Below, in pieces: positions 11,052 to 20,382 of a stretch of DNA of 64,000 bases. Source of the DNA: Acidithiobacillus sp. (GTDB lineage: Bacteria > Pseudomonadota > Gammaproteobacteria > Acidithiobacillales > Acidithiobacillaceae). The notes beneath the pieces are model-generated. The model did no database searches. It saw only the letters and a list, made by a program, of their open reading frames with translations, and was not told where the DNA came from. Position 1 is the first letter of the stretch. Every line of letters begins with the position of its first letter. Position numbers and translations under genes: made by a program. Where the stretch lies: NCBI RefSeq assembly GCF_049965315.1, contig NZ_JBMFWL010000003.1, positions 15,716 through 79,715 on the forward strand, in the 5' to 3' direction.

Positions 11052-12817
11052 CGGCCGCGCAAAAAGAGCCGATCCAGCTCGCCAAGGCTCAGCTCGATGA
11101 CCGTCGGCCGGCCGTGGTTGCACTGGCCGGCACGGGGTGTTGCTTCCAGTTGGCGCAGCAACGCATTCATCTCACCCAAGGAAAGCTTGCGGTTCACCTT
11201 GATGGCCGCACGACAGGCGAGACTGGCCAGCACTTCGTCCTCATCCCCCCTTGCCCATGCCCCCTCTTCCGTCAACAGCCGGGCAATGGTCTGCCCATAA
11301 GACTCGGCATTCATCCCCACGGGGGCGGCGTGAACCGCAAGGGTACCCGGGCCGGCCACGGAGATCTCCAGCCCAGCCTTGCGCAGCATCATTTCGGCAT
11401 GCTCGAAGTGGGCCATCTGCGCAGGGCTCACATGCACATATTCAGGAATGATGAATTCTTGTATATCATTCTGTTGTCTTGATTTCTTCATCTTCTCGTA
11501 GAGGATGCGCTCATGGGCGGCGTGCTGATCGACCAGGACGATGCCCGCTGCATTTTGCGCGAGGATGAAGCGCTCGTGGATCTGCGCAAGGGCGTAACCC
11601 AGGGGCTGGTCGGCCTGCGCATCATCAGGCGGTGAAGGTGCCATTGGGCCCAGCCTTTCGGCCGGTGCCACCAATCGCTCCCAATAATCCCCCCGCCCTT
11701 CCTCCACCGCCGGCGCCCGCAATGACAGGGGGAGATTGGCGGGGCTTGGTGGTGCCGGCTGGCTGGATGGCGGCGGCGTGGTGGAGACGACCGTACCGGG
11801 ACGCTGTTCGGCGATCACCCGCTGCAGGCTGTGGAACAGGAAGTCGTGGACCAGGCGGGCGTCGCGAAAACGCACTTCGGCCTTGGCCGGGTGGACATTG
11901 ACGTCCACCAGTTCCGGGGCCAGATTCAGGTACAGTACAAAGAGCGGATGGCGTTCCTTGTACAGGACATCGGCATAGGCGGCCCGTACCGCGTGGGTGA
12001 TGACCGGGTCCCGCACCGGCCTTTGATTGACAAAGAAATACTGCTCATCGCCGCGGGCCCGGTTATGGGTGGGCAGGCCCAGCCAGCCGCTCAGGCGCAA
12101 GCCCTGATCTTCCAGCTCGAAATAGACCGCATGGCGCAAGAATTCCTCCCCCAGCACACCGCCCACGCGCTCCGCACGCCCTTGGGCATCCGTTGCGGCC
12201 GGGAACTGCAGCAGCGCCCGCGGGCCCTGGTACAGTTGGAAGGCGACGGGGAAATGGGCCAGGGCCGCCTGCCGCAGGACCTTTTGATTGCGGGCCAGTT
12301 CTGCCGGCGCGGCACGGAGGAATTTGCGCCGTGCCGGGACATTGAAAAAGAGCTCCGTGATCCGCACCGTGGTACCCGGGGCCCGGGCCGCCGCTTCGTG
12401 GATGATGGCTGTACCGCCGGCCACTTGTAGGCGGGCGGCCTGATTGCAGCCCGTGGCCCGGGACAGGATGTCCAGGCGCGCCACCGAGGCGATGGCGGGC
12501 AGGGCCTCGCCGCGGAAGCCCAGGGTGGCGATGGCATGGAGGTCCTGGACGCTGTGCAGTTTGCTGGTGGCGTGGCGCTCCAGGGCCAGGGGCAGGTCAT
12601 CGGGAAGGATGCCTATCCCGTCATCCTCCACCTGCAGCAGATCCAGGCCGCCTCCCTCCAGACGCACGGTAATCCGCCGCGCACCCGCGTCCAGGCTGTT
12701 CTCCAGGAGCTCCTTGAGAATGGACGCAGGCCTTTCCACCACCTCGCCGGCGGCGATCTGATTGGCCAGGGTGGCCGCCAGGCGGTGAATCCGGGGAGGC
12801 GCCTCAGCCGTCGTCAT
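11048..12817 (-). CDS. mutL: DNA mismatch repair protein MutL
   Basis: Start trimmed to ATG 12817 (MTTAEAPPRIHRLAATLANQIAAGEVVERPASILKELLENSLDAGA, GHKL ATPase N-terminus). C-terminal dimerisation/endonuclease region (QHAAHERILYE, CNHGRPT). Confidence 0.9.
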   Translation of the reverse strand: MTTAEAPPRIHRLAATLANQIAAGEVVERPASILKELLENSLDAGARRITVRLEGGGLDLLQVEDDGIGILPDDLPLALERHATSKLHSVQDLHAIATLGFRGEALPAIASVARLDILSRATGCNQAARLQVAGGTAIIHEAAARAPGTTVRITELFFNVPARRKFLRAAPAELARNQKVLRQAALAHFPVAFQLYQGPRALLQFPAATDAQGRAERVGGVLGEEFLRHAVYFELEDQGLRLSGWLGLPTHNRARGDEQYFFVNQRPVRDPVITHAVRAAYADVLYKERHPLFVLYLNLAPELVDVNVHPAKAEVRFRDARLVHDFLFHSLQRVIAEQRPGTVVSTTPPPSSQPAPPSPANLPLSLRAPAVEEGRGDYWERLVAPAERLGPMAPSPPDDAQADQPLGYALAQIHERFILAQNAAGIVLVDQHAAHERILYEKMKKSRQQNDIQEFIIPEYVHVSPAQMAHFEHAEMMLRKAGLEISVAGPGTLAVHAAPVGMNAESYGQTIARLLTEEGAWARGDEDEVLASLACRAAIKVNRKLSLGEMNALLRQLEATPRAGQCNHGRPTVIELSLGELDRLFLRGR

Positions 12818-13274
12818 GATTTTCTCCTGCGGGCGGAAGCCAGCTCGCCCCCCTGGCGGTGGCCAGGAGCACCTCCAGGCGATGCTGCCCGGGGCTGGCG
12901 ATGGAGAGGCGCAAACGCAGGTCGGGCTCCGGCAGGAAGCCGCTGCCGCGCTCCGGCCACTCGATGAGCCAGAGGGCCGCTTCATCCAAATAATCGCGGA
13001 TACCGAGAAACTCCAACTCCTCCCCATCACGCAAGCGATACAGATCCAGATGCAATGCTGGGCCGCGGGCGGTGGCATAGCTTTCGATCAGGGTATAGCT
13101 GGGGCTCTTGACCCGACCGGGAACGCCAAAACCCTGGAGCACCCCTTGCGCCAGAGTCGTTTTCCCCACCCCCAGATCGCCTTCCAGATAAATCACGGCG
13201 GGGATCGCGAGGGTCTCTCCCAAGCCCTTGCCCCAGGCATGGCAGGCTTCGGGATTCGGGAAGGACCAGCCCAT
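12804..13274 (-). CDS. tsaE: tRNA t6A biosynthesis ATPase TsaE (YjeE)
   Basis: Start trimmed to ATG 13274, just downstream of the CBS gene stop. GDLGVGKTTLAQG P-loop, SPSYTL and HLDLYRL motifs. Confidence 0.8.
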   Translation of the reverse strand: MGWSFPNPEACHAWGKGLGETLAIPAVIYLEGDLGVGKTTLAQGVLQGFGVPGRVKSPSYTLIESYATARGPALHLDLYRLRDGEELEFLGIRDYLDEAALWLIEWPERGSGFLPEPDLRLRLSIASPGQHRLEVLLATARGASWLPPAGENHDDG

Positions 13275-13278
13275 GGCC

Positions 13279-13734
13279 TCAGGGATTGAGGAGATTGCGC
13301 AGGACATCCGAGCGGGTGATGATGCCGACCACGCGCTTTTCGCCGTCCACCACCGGCACTGCATGGATATCCTTGCGCAGGAGCTTTTCGGCCACGGCAT
13401 CCGCATCTTCATCGGGCGCCGCCGTAACGACCTGGGTGCTGGCCAGTTGCGCGGCAGTGACCGCCGTCACCTTGCGCAATTCCTCCTTGTATTCATGCAT
13501 TCCGCCAAGGGGAATAAGGGCATCCAGGATGGTGACGAGGGTGGGCAGGTGCACGCGGCGATGGGCGTCGATGAGGTCGCGTTCGCCGATCATGCCCACC
13601 AGGCGGCCGTCCTTGTCCAGCACGGGCAGACTATGATGGCCCGACTCCAGCAGGACGCTGCCCACCTTCTCGACGGGGTCATCGGCCTGAACGGCCACGA
13701 ATGCAGTGGTCATCAACTCTCTGGCGCTTTTCAT
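13279..13734 (-). CDS. CBS domain pair protein
   Basis: Start trimmed to ATG 13734 (MKSARELMTTAFVAV), an ATGA overlap with the bioA stop. Two CBS repeats (...HSLPVLDKDGRLVGMIGERDL..., ...HAVPVVDGEKRVVGIITRSDVL). Confidence 0.7.
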   Translation of the reverse strand: MKSARELMTTAFVAVQADDPVEKVGSVLLESGHHSLPVLDKDGRLVGMIGERDLIDAHRRVHLPTLVTILDALIPLGGMHEYKEELRKVTAVTAAQLASTQVVTAAPDEDADAVAEKLLRKDIHAVPVVDGEKRVVGIITRSDVLRNLLNP

Positions 13735-15092
13735 GGATGGCTCCCTTGGGACATGGCGGTATGAAGGACCGTCAGAATAGTGTCTATTTCCTCCTCTGTC
13801 ACCGACAGAGGCGGGACGATGATGATGGCGTCGCCCAGAGGGCGCGTATAGACTCCCATTTCCCGGGCCCGCCGGCATACCTGGTATTCCACCCGCTCGC
13901 CATAGGAATAAGGCTGAGCGGTAACGGGATTCCGCAGTTCGATGGCGGCCATCAGGCCGAACTGCCGCACCGCCCCCGCCCAGGGCCGATCCCGGAAGGC
14001 GGTCAGGCCGTCCCGCAGCCGTGCAACCTTGGCGGCGAGCCGGGCCAGCACCTCCCCCTCACGGAAAATGGCCAGATTTTCCAGGGCGACGGCGCAGGCC
14101 AAGGGATTACCCGTGTAGGTATGGCCATGATAAAATTGCCGCGCTTCCCCAAAGGGGGCGAGGAAGGACCGGTAGACCGCCGCGGTCGCCAGGGTGGCGG
14201 CCAAGGGCAGGTAGCCGCCGGACAAGCCCTTGCCCAAGGCCATGAGGTCCGGCTCCACGTCTTCCCACTCGCAGGCAAAGAGTTTGCCGCTACGCCCAAA
14301 GCCGGTGGCCACCTCGTCGACGATGAGCAGGCAGTCGAAGCGCCGGCAGAGGGCCTGGGCACCCGCCAGGACACCGCGGGGGAAGGGCAGCAGGCCCGCC
14401 GCGCCCTGTATGCCGGCCTCCAGGATCAAGGCCGCGATTTCATGGCCACGCGCGGCCAGCAGGGCCTCCAGCTCCGCCAGCCAGGCGGCCGCCGCAGCGC
14501 TGCTGTCGCCGCTGGGGGCGGCAAAGCGTTCCCGCGCCAGGCCGTAGGGGCTGGGCAGGCGCAGGGTGGGAAAGAGCAGATGGCCGTAGACCTCGTGAAA
14601 GAGGGGAATTCCCCCCACGGAAACGGCCCCCACCGTATCGCCATGATAGGCATTTTCCAGGGTGACGAAGGTCCGCTTTTCGGGCCGGCCCACATTGCGC
14701 CAATAATGGACCGCCATCTTGACCGCGATTTCCACGGCCTCGGCGCCATCCTCGGAGAAAAAACAGTGTTCCAGACCGCTAGGAGTGATCTCCACCAGGG
14801 CTTTGGCCAGGAGGATGGCAGGCGGATTGGAGGCGCCCAGGGTGGTGCTGTGGGCGACCTTGCCCAGTTGCGCGGCCAGGGCCGCATCGAGGCGCGGATG
14901 ACGATGACCGTGGATGTTGCACCACAGGCTGGCGATGGCATCCAGACAGCGGCGGCCATCCAGGTCATAGACATAGTTGCCCTCGGCGTGGTCGATGATC
15001 CAGGGATCATCATCGCCAAAACATTGCATCTGGGTGAAGGGATGCCAGAAGTAGCGGCGATCCCATTCCTGCAACTGCTGCCGTTCATCCAT
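13731..15092 (-). CDS. bioA: Adenosylmethionine-8-amino-7-oxononanoate aminotransferase
   Basis: Start trimmed to ATG 15092 (MDERQQLQEWDRRYFWHPFTQM). Class-III aminotransferase with the LLIVDEVATGFGRSGKLFA and LGKGLSGGYLPLAAT (PLP lysine) blocks. Confidence 0.85.
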   Translation of the reverse strand: MDERQQLQEWDRRYFWHPFTQMQCFGDDDPWIIDHAEGNYVYDLDGRRCLDAIASLWCNIHGHRHPRLDAALAAQLGKVAHSTTLGASNPPAILLAKALVEITPSGLEHCFFSEDGAEAVEIAVKMAVHYWRNVGRPEKRTFVTLENAYHGDTVGAVSVGGIPLFHEVYGHLLFPTLRLPSPYGLARERFAAPSGDSSAAAAAWLAELEALLAARGHEIAALILEAGIQGAAGLLPFPRGVLAGAQALCRRFDCLLIVDEVATGFGRSGKLFACEWEDVEPDLMALGKGLSGGYLPLAATLATAAVYRSFLAPFGEARQFYHGHTYTGNPLACAVALENLAIFREGEVLARLAAKVARLRDGLTAFRDRPWAGAVRQFGLMAAIELRNPVTAQPYSYGERVEYQVCRRAREMGVYTRPLGDAIIIVPPLSVTEEEIDTILTVLHTAMSQGSHP

Positions 15093-15930
15093 GGCGGGGC
15101 AACTCCTGCAGGACGTCGGGAAGGGCACGCAGGATGTCCCCGGCCAGCATGCTTTCTTCCCCGAGCCGTGCCGCGGCGAGATCCCCGGCACGGGCATGGA
15201 GACAGACCCCGAGTTGGGCCGCTTCCCAGGGCGCCATGCCAATGGCCAGGAGTCCGGCCAGCAGGCCGGTCAGCACATCGCCGCTGCCCCCCGTGGCCAT
15301 CCCCGGGTTGCCGAGATCACAACGCCGCCGCCGAGCCGCATCGCCGACCAGGGTTCCCTGCCCCTTGAGCACCCAGATGCCCCCATAGCGGGCCAGCAAT
15401 TGCTCCAGGGCACTCTCCCGGTCCGCCTGCACGGCGGCGGCGGAAATGCCCAGCAAACGCCCGGCCTCGCCGGGATGGGGAGTGAAGATGCGTGGGGCAT
15501 CACTGCGCAGCAGCGCCGGGCCCAGGCGGGCGAGGATGTTGAGGGCATCGGCATCCCAGACCTGAGGTTGAGCCATGCTCCCGATCTCCTGGAGGAGATT
15601 GTGGGGCGCCAAGCCCTGGCCCAGACCCGGGCCCACCGCAAGTATCGCCGTCGCGGAGAGACAATCGGCAAAGCTGGCGGGCCAGTCGCGCCAGGTGGCC
15701 TCGGGCAACTGCGTCGCCAAGTAGATGGCGGCGCCGGGATGGCCGATGGCCGTCACCAGCCCGGCACCGGCGCGGTAGGCGGCACTGCAGGCCAAGGCCA
15801 GGGCTCCCCCCATCCCCGGCCCGCCTCCTAGCACGAAGACGTGACCAAAGTCGCCCTTGTGCGCCTCCCGCACCCGGAGGGGCGGGCCGCGCAGGCTATC
15901 CCAGTGGAGGAGCATCGCGGGCATCATCAT
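15085..15930 (-). CDS. nnrD: ADP-dependent NAD(P)H-hydrate dehydratase (YjeF C-terminal domain only)
   Basis: Start placed at the ATG triplet run 15930-15922, which overlaps the amt stop. HKGDFGHVFVLGGGPGMGGA and GGSGDVLTGLLAG motifs. No N-terminal epimerase domain is encoded. Confidence 0.8.
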   Translation of the reverse strand: MMMPAMLLHWDSLRGPPLRVREAHKGDFGHVFVLGGGPGMGGALALACSAAYRAGAGLVTAIGHPGAAIYLATQLPEATWRDWPASFADCLSATAILAVGPGLGQGLAPHNLLQEIGSMAQPQVWDADALNILARLGPALLRSDAPRIFTPHPGEAGRLLGISAAAVQADRESALEQLLARYGGIWVLKGQGTLVGDAARRRRCDLGNPGMATGGSGDVLTGLLAGLLAIGMAPWEAAQLGVCLHARAGDLAAARLGEESMLAGDILRALPDVLQELPRHG

Positions 15931-17147
15931 CCCGCCCGCTGGATATCTTCTTCGGGATAAGCGCTGACATGGTGCAGGCTGAGATCCGCTCCGGCGAATT
16001 CCGCTTCGGGATCGAGACGGATACCGATGAGGCGCTTCAGGGCGCCGTAGACCAGCCATCCCCCCAAGCTGGCCAGGGCAACGCCCATCACGGTCCCCAG
16101 CAGTTGCGACCAGATGCTGACGCCGCCGGCGCCGCCCAGAAAACGATGGCCGAAAATGCCCACGGCGATGCCGCCCCAGACCCCGCAGACCCCATGCAAA
16201 GGCCACACGCCCAGGACATCGTCGATGCGCAGGCGATGCTGCACGAAGGTGAAGAGATACACAAAAAGGACGCCCGCCAGGGCCCCGATGAGCAGGGCGC
16301 CCATGGGCTGCACCACGTCGGACCCGGCACAGATGGCCACCAGCCCCGCCAGGGCGCCGTTATGCACGAAGCCGGGATCCCCCCGCCCGGCGGCCAGGGC
16401 AGCGAGCATGCCGCCCACCATGGCCATGAGGGAATTCAGGGCCACCAAACCCTGCACCGCCTCCAGGCGTTGGGCGCTCATGACGTTGAAGCCGAACCAG
16501 CCAATGATCAATATCCACGAACCCAGGGCAAGGAAGGGAATGTTGGAGGGGGGCATGGGGTGGATCGTCCCATCCCGCCCGTAGCGGCCCTGCCGCGGCC
16601 CCAGTTGCCATACCGCCATGAGGGCAATCCAGCCGCCCATGGCATGGACCACGACGGAACCGGCAAAATCGTGGAAGGGTGCGCCAAAGTTCTGGGTAAA
16701 CCAGTTTTGCACGCCGTAGTGGTTATCCCAGACGATACCCTCGTAAAAGGGGTACACAAAACCCACCAACAATGCAGTGGCCAGCAATTGCGGATAAAAG
16801 CGGGCGCGTTCGGCTATCCCGCCGGAGATGATGGCCGGCACCGCGGCGGCAAAGGTCAGCAGGAAGAAAAAACGGACCATGGCAAAGCCGTGATCCTGGC
16901 TGGTCAGGGTGTTCACTCCGGTAAAAAAACTGATGCCGTAGGCGATATGGTAACCCACAAAAAAATAGGCCAGGGTGGAAACGCCAAAGTCGCTGAGGAT
17001 CTTGACCAGGGCGTTGACCTGGCTCTTGCGGCGCACCGTGCCCAACTCCAGAAAGGCGAATCCGCCATGCATGGACAAGACCAAAATGGCACCCATGAGG
17101 AGAAAAAACACATTTCCCCCATGCAGATGCGATGCAGGTTCGAGCAT
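15927..17147 (-). CDS. amt: Ammonium transporter
   Basis: Start trimmed to ATG 17147 (MLEPASHLHGGNVFFLLMGAILVLSMHGGFAFLELG). Amt signature blocks FAGSVVVHAMGGW and GVWGGIAVGIF. About 11 TM segments. Confidence 0.9.
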   Translation of the reverse strand: MLEPASHLHGGNVFFLLMGAILVLSMHGGFAFLELGTVRRKSQVNALVKILSDFGVSTLAYFFVGYHIAYGISFFTGVNTLTSQDHGFAMVRFFFLLTFAAAVPAIISGGIAERARFYPQLLATALLVGFVYPFYEGIVWDNHYGVQNWFTQNFGAPFHDFAGSVVVHAMGGWIALMAVWQLGPRQGRYGRDGTIHPMPPSNIPFLALGSWILIIGWFGFNVMSAQRLEAVQGLVALNSLMAMVGGMLAALAAGRGDPGFVHNGALAGLVAICAGSDVVQPMGALLIGALAGVLFVYLFTFVQHRLRIDDVLGVWPLHGVCGVWGGIAVGIFGHRFLGGAGGVSIWSQLLGTVMGVALASLGGWLVYGALKRLIGIRLDPEAEFAGADLSLHHVSAYPEEDIQRAG

Positions 17148-17160
17148 TCTCTGATTCCTT

Positions 17161-17763
17161 CTAATCTTCCAGGGCGCGCCGGCCACTCAAGGCCCGGCCG
17201 AGCGTGCCGCGATCCACATATTCCAGTTCACCGCCCACGGGTACCCCACGGGCGATGCGGCTCACCACCACTCCTTCCCGGTGCATCATTCCACCCAGGA
17301 AGTGGGCCGTAGCCTCCCCTTCCACGGTCGGATTGGTCGCCAGGATGACTTCGCGCAGGTCCGCCAGGGCGATGCGCTCGGCAAAGCGCTCCAGATGCAG
17401 CGCCTCGGGCCCGATGCCATCCAGGGGCGAGAGGTGTCCCATCAGGACGAAATAGTCGCCGTTATAAACCCCGGTAGCCTCAATGGCCAGGACATCCGCC
17501 GGCGACTCCACCACGCAGAGCACCCCATGATCGCGCCGCTCCGAGCGGCAAATGGCGCAAAGATCGGCATCGGCCAGATTGTTGCAGCGCTGGCAATGGC
17601 GGATCTCTCCATGCGCCCTCAGGAGAGCGGCCGCCAGCAGCGGCATCAGTTCGCGCTTGCGCACCAGCAGTTCAAAGCTGATCCGCTGCGCGGAGCGGGG
17701 CCCGATGCCGGGCAAGCGCCGCAGCAGGGATACCAAGTCGTCAACCGCCGCAATCCCGAACAT
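17161..17763 (-). CDS. recR: Recombination protein RecR
   Basis: 200 aa. LPGIGPRSAQRISFELL helix-hairpin-helix, CQRCNNL...CAIC zinc finger, Toprim domain. Confidence 0.95.
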   Translation of the reverse strand: MFGIAAVDDLVSLLRRLPGIGPRSAQRISFELLVRKRELMPLLAAALLRAHGEIRHCQRCNNLADADLCAICRSERRDHGVLCVVESPADVLAIEATGVYNGDYFVLMGHLSPLDGIGPEALHLERFAERIALADLREVILATNPTVEGEATAHFLGGMMHREGVVVSRIARGVPVGGELEYVDRGTLGRALSGRRALED

Positions 17764-17766
17764 TGC

Positions 17767-18090
17767 CTAGAACGGCAGATTCATGCCCGGTATCTGCAAT
17801 CCACCGGTCACCGCAGAAAGCCGCTCGGAGCTGGTTTTCTCCGCCTGCCGCACCGCGTCGTTGAAGGCCGCAGCCACCAGGTCTTCCAGCATCTCCCGAT
17901 CCCCTTCGGCCAGCAGGGAGGGATCTATGTGAACCCGGCGCACATCATGACGGCAGGTCATGGTGACCTGCACCAGATTGCCGCCGGCGTTGCCCTGGAC
18001 TTCCACTTGCGCCAGCTCTTCCTGGGCCTTTTGCAAGCGCTCCTGCAACTGTTGCGCTTGCTTCATGATATTGCCTAACCCGCCTTTCAT
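17767..18090 (-). CDS. ybaB: Nucleoid-associated protein YbaB/EbfC
   Basis: Start trimmed to ATG 18090 ([26 protein letters not shown]). 107 aa. Conserved dnaX-ybaB-recR order. Confidence 0.9.
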   Translation of the reverse strand: MKGGLGNIMKQAQQLQERLQKAQEELAQVEVQGNAGGNLVQVTMTCRHDVRRVHIDPSLLAEGDREMLEDLVAAAFNDAVRQAEKTSSERLSAVTGGLQIPGMNLPF

Positions 18091-18149
18091 GGTCTCTCTT
18101 CTCCCCATCTCCGTAAAACTGCGCATTGTAACAGACGCCACTGGAACCG

Positions 18150-19736
18150 CTATGCCGTAGCGGGTCCCTGGCGCTCGCCATCCGCGTTGTCGCCGACGCT
18201 CTCGATACGGGCCGCGAAATGGTCCATGATGGCGCGCACGGTGGGATCAGCGGCCGCCTGCGCCTCCGCCTGCAACTGCCATGCGGCACGGGCGTTGGCT
18301 TCCTCCCGGACCAGGCTAACGCCCCCCGTTTCCGCCTCCAGGGTCCGAAAAGACAACGCCGGGGCATTGCCAAAGTGGCGGGTCAAGGCCCTTTGCAGGG
18401 CCTCCCGTCCCGCTTCGGCCATGGCCAGATAGGCGGGTTCCAGGGCGAGGATCACGGCCTCCCCGTCGCAGCGCTCGGCCCGACCATGGGCGAGGAAGGC
18501 GCGCAGAGATGCGGAAATGTCCAAGCCCCGCAGCACGCTTCCCCAGTCGCCCGAAGGGGGAGGGACAGGCGCTGCCGGTCGGGCCGGAACCGGGGCCGCG
18601 ATAACGGGCCCCGCCGCGGGCGGGGGCCGGCGCTGGTCCGGCGGCGTCGCGGCATCGCCCCGGCGAAAGCTCAACAGCCGCAAAAAGGCCATTTCCAGGG
18701 CCATGCGGGCATTGGGGTAGAGGGGAAAATCACGGCGCGCCGAAAGCAGCAGATAATACAAGGCCTGCATCTCCAGCGGCGGGATGCTTTGCGCCAGCGC
18801 CGCCATCCTTTCCCCGTCCACATCACCTGCCGCAACCGGCAGGAATTGCGCCAGACTGGCCCGGTGCACCCATTCGATCACCCCATCGAGGAGACCGGCG
18901 GCATCCATCCCCGCCGCTTGGGTGTCTTCCAGCAGGGCGAAAAGGCGTGGCGCGTCATCCGCCGCCAGAGCGGCAAGGAGATGGAAAAGGATTTCTCCGT
19001 TCGCCTGACCGAGCATTTCCACCACCGCGTCCAGGCGAACGCTGCCACCGCCATGGACGATGGCCTGATCGAGCAGGCTCAAGGCGTCGCGCAGGCTGCC
19101 GTCGGCAGCCCGAGCCAGATGCCGGAGGGCGGGGCCTTCGGCGGCGATGCCTTCGGCGCCCAGGATCTGCTCCAGCCGCCCCTGGATCTGCTCTAGGGAG
19201 AGACGCCGCAAGGTAAACTGGAGGCAGCGGGACAGGATGGTGATGGGTAATTTTTGCGGGTCCGTGGTGGCCAACAGGAACTTGACATGCTCCGGCGGCT
19301 CTTCCAGGGTTTTCAATAGGGCGTTGAAACTATGGGTGGAAAGCATGTGTACCTCGTCGATGAGGTACACCTTGTAGCGGCCGATGCTGGGCGCATACTG
19401 CACATTGTCCAGCAACTCCCGGGTTTCATCGACACGGGTGCGGCTGGCGGCATCCACCTCGATGAGATCCACGAAGTTCCCGGCGGCGATGCTGCGGCAG
19501 GCGCTGCATTCCCCGCAGGGGGTACTGCTCACGCCCTTCTCGCAATTGAGGCATTTGGCCAGCAATCGCGCCACGGTGGTTTTCCCCACGCCGCGCGTGC
19601 CGGTGAATAAAAAGGCGTGATGGATGCGCCCGGAATCGAGGGCATGGCGCAGGGCCGAAACCACCGGCTCCTGGCCGACAAAGTCGGCGAACTGCTGGGG
19701 GCGCCAGCGACGCGCCAAAGCCAGATAGGCGTTCAT
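18150..19736 (-). CDS. dnaX: DNA polymerase III subunit gamma/tau
   Basis: Start trimmed to ATG 19736 ([23 protein letters not shown]). [10 protein letters not shown]-loop, Zn module CGECSAC, DEVHMLS box. I found no A AAA AAG-type slippery site. Confidence 0.9.
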   Translation of the reverse strand: MNAYLALARRWRPQQFADFVGQEPVVSALRHALDSGRIHHAFLFTGTRGVGKTTVARLLAKCLNCEKGVSSTPCGECSACRSIAAGNFVDLIEVDAASRTRVDETRELLDNVQYAPSIGRYKVYLIDEVHMLSTHSFNALLKTLEEPPEHVKFLLATTDPQKLPITILSRCLQFTLRRLSLEQIQGRLEQILGAEGIAAEGPALRHLARAADGSLRDALSLLDQAIVHGGGSVRLDAVVEMLGQANGEILFHLLAALAADDAPRLFALLEDTQAAGMDAAGLLDGVIEWVHRASLAQFLPVAAGDVDGERMAALAQSIPPLEMQALYYLLLSARRDFPLYPNARMALEMAFLRLLSFRRGDAATPPDQRRPPPAAGPVIAAPVPARPAAPVPPPSGDWGSVLRGLDISASLRAFLAHGRAERCDGEAVILALEPAYLAMAEAGREALQRALTRHFGNAPALSFRTLEAETGGVSLVREEANARAAWQLQAEAQAAADPTVRAIMDHFAARIESVGDNADGERQGPATA

Positions 19737-19752
19737 CGCTGGCGCAAAAGGG

Positions 19753-19866
19753 TGGCGACGCCAATCAGCCACACCCCGGCACCTGGATCGGTGGCTGCCG
19801 CTGCTCCCTTCCGGGCCTGACGGGGTTCACCACTTACCACTGCGAGGGGACCGATTATTGTCGCCA
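19753..19866 (-). ncRNA. ffs: Signal recognition particle RNA (4.5S-type)
   Basis: The minus strand contains GUCAGGCCCGGAAGGGAGCAGC, which corresponds to the conserved helix-8 GUCAGG...GGAA...AGCAGC motif. The closing helix is UGGCGAC / GUCGCCA plus AAUCGG / CUGAUU. The length is 114 nt, as in E. coli 4.5S. Typical position just upstream of dnaX. The ends are approximate. Confidence 0.75.
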
Positions 19867-20144
19867 TAGAGTTTTTCAAAGCGTGGAGCCCCATAATTTT
19901 TGCGGGCCATTTCCGACGGAGCGGGAAGGAATCACCAACCGAGAACAAAAGTTATGGATAATCAACCTGGTATCTTTATGATTCGCCCCAACCCCAGTCA
20001 CTTGGGGCATGGCCTGTCCATGCATTGGAGCCGCTACGATAACACAACAGAAAATTCGCGCAATCATGCATGATCTGGCGCTTCGGCCTCGGACCGAATG
20101 ACCGAATACCCACCACAATCCCAAGCGCGGGATTGCATGGAGAA

Positions 20145-20233
20145 TGGCGGAGAGGGTGGGATTCGAACCCACGTGGCGTTGCCGCCCATCCGATTTCGAG
20201 TCGGCGCCGTTATGGCCACTTCGGTACCTCTCC
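20145..20233 (-). tRNA. tRNA-Ser(CGA), class II, CCA encoded
   Basis: The minus strand reads GGAGAGG...GACTCGAAATC (loop CUCGAAA, anticodon CGA)...long variable arm...GGGTTCGAATCCCACCCTCTCCGCCA. Discriminator G. Confidence 0.9.
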
Positions 20234-20382
20234 GGGAGTGCATAAGGTAATCTTTCACCGGCCTGCCGGCAAGTGCCGGATAGGTCTTGCGTATCCGACG
20301 GGCTGCGGTCGTATGGGTAACCGGCAAATTTCACCCCGCCACTACATACCCCTGCAGCGTTTCCCGAACCTGCACCAAGGAC

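Noticed and set aside
18150-19736. Programmed -1 frameshift site for a gamma subunit in dnaX.
   Set aside because: I scanned the coding strand for A AAA AAG or similar heptamers and found none. The closest is GCAAAAATT near 19250, which is not a known slippery pattern and has no downstream hairpin.
19954-20073. 39-codon plus-strand ORF (MDNQPGIFMIRPNPSHLGHGLSMHWSRYDNTTENSRNHA) in the AT-richer gap upstream of ffs.
   Set aside because: No Shine-Dalgarno sequence, no similarity I recognise, and the region is more simply explained as the ffs promoter plus the tRNA-Ser trailer. It cannot be supported from sequence alone.
19876-20334. 152-aa minus-strand ORF between the SRP RNA and secF.
   Set aside because: It runs straight through tRNA-Ser(CGA) (20145..20233) and has no recognisable motif or Shine-Dalgarno sequence.
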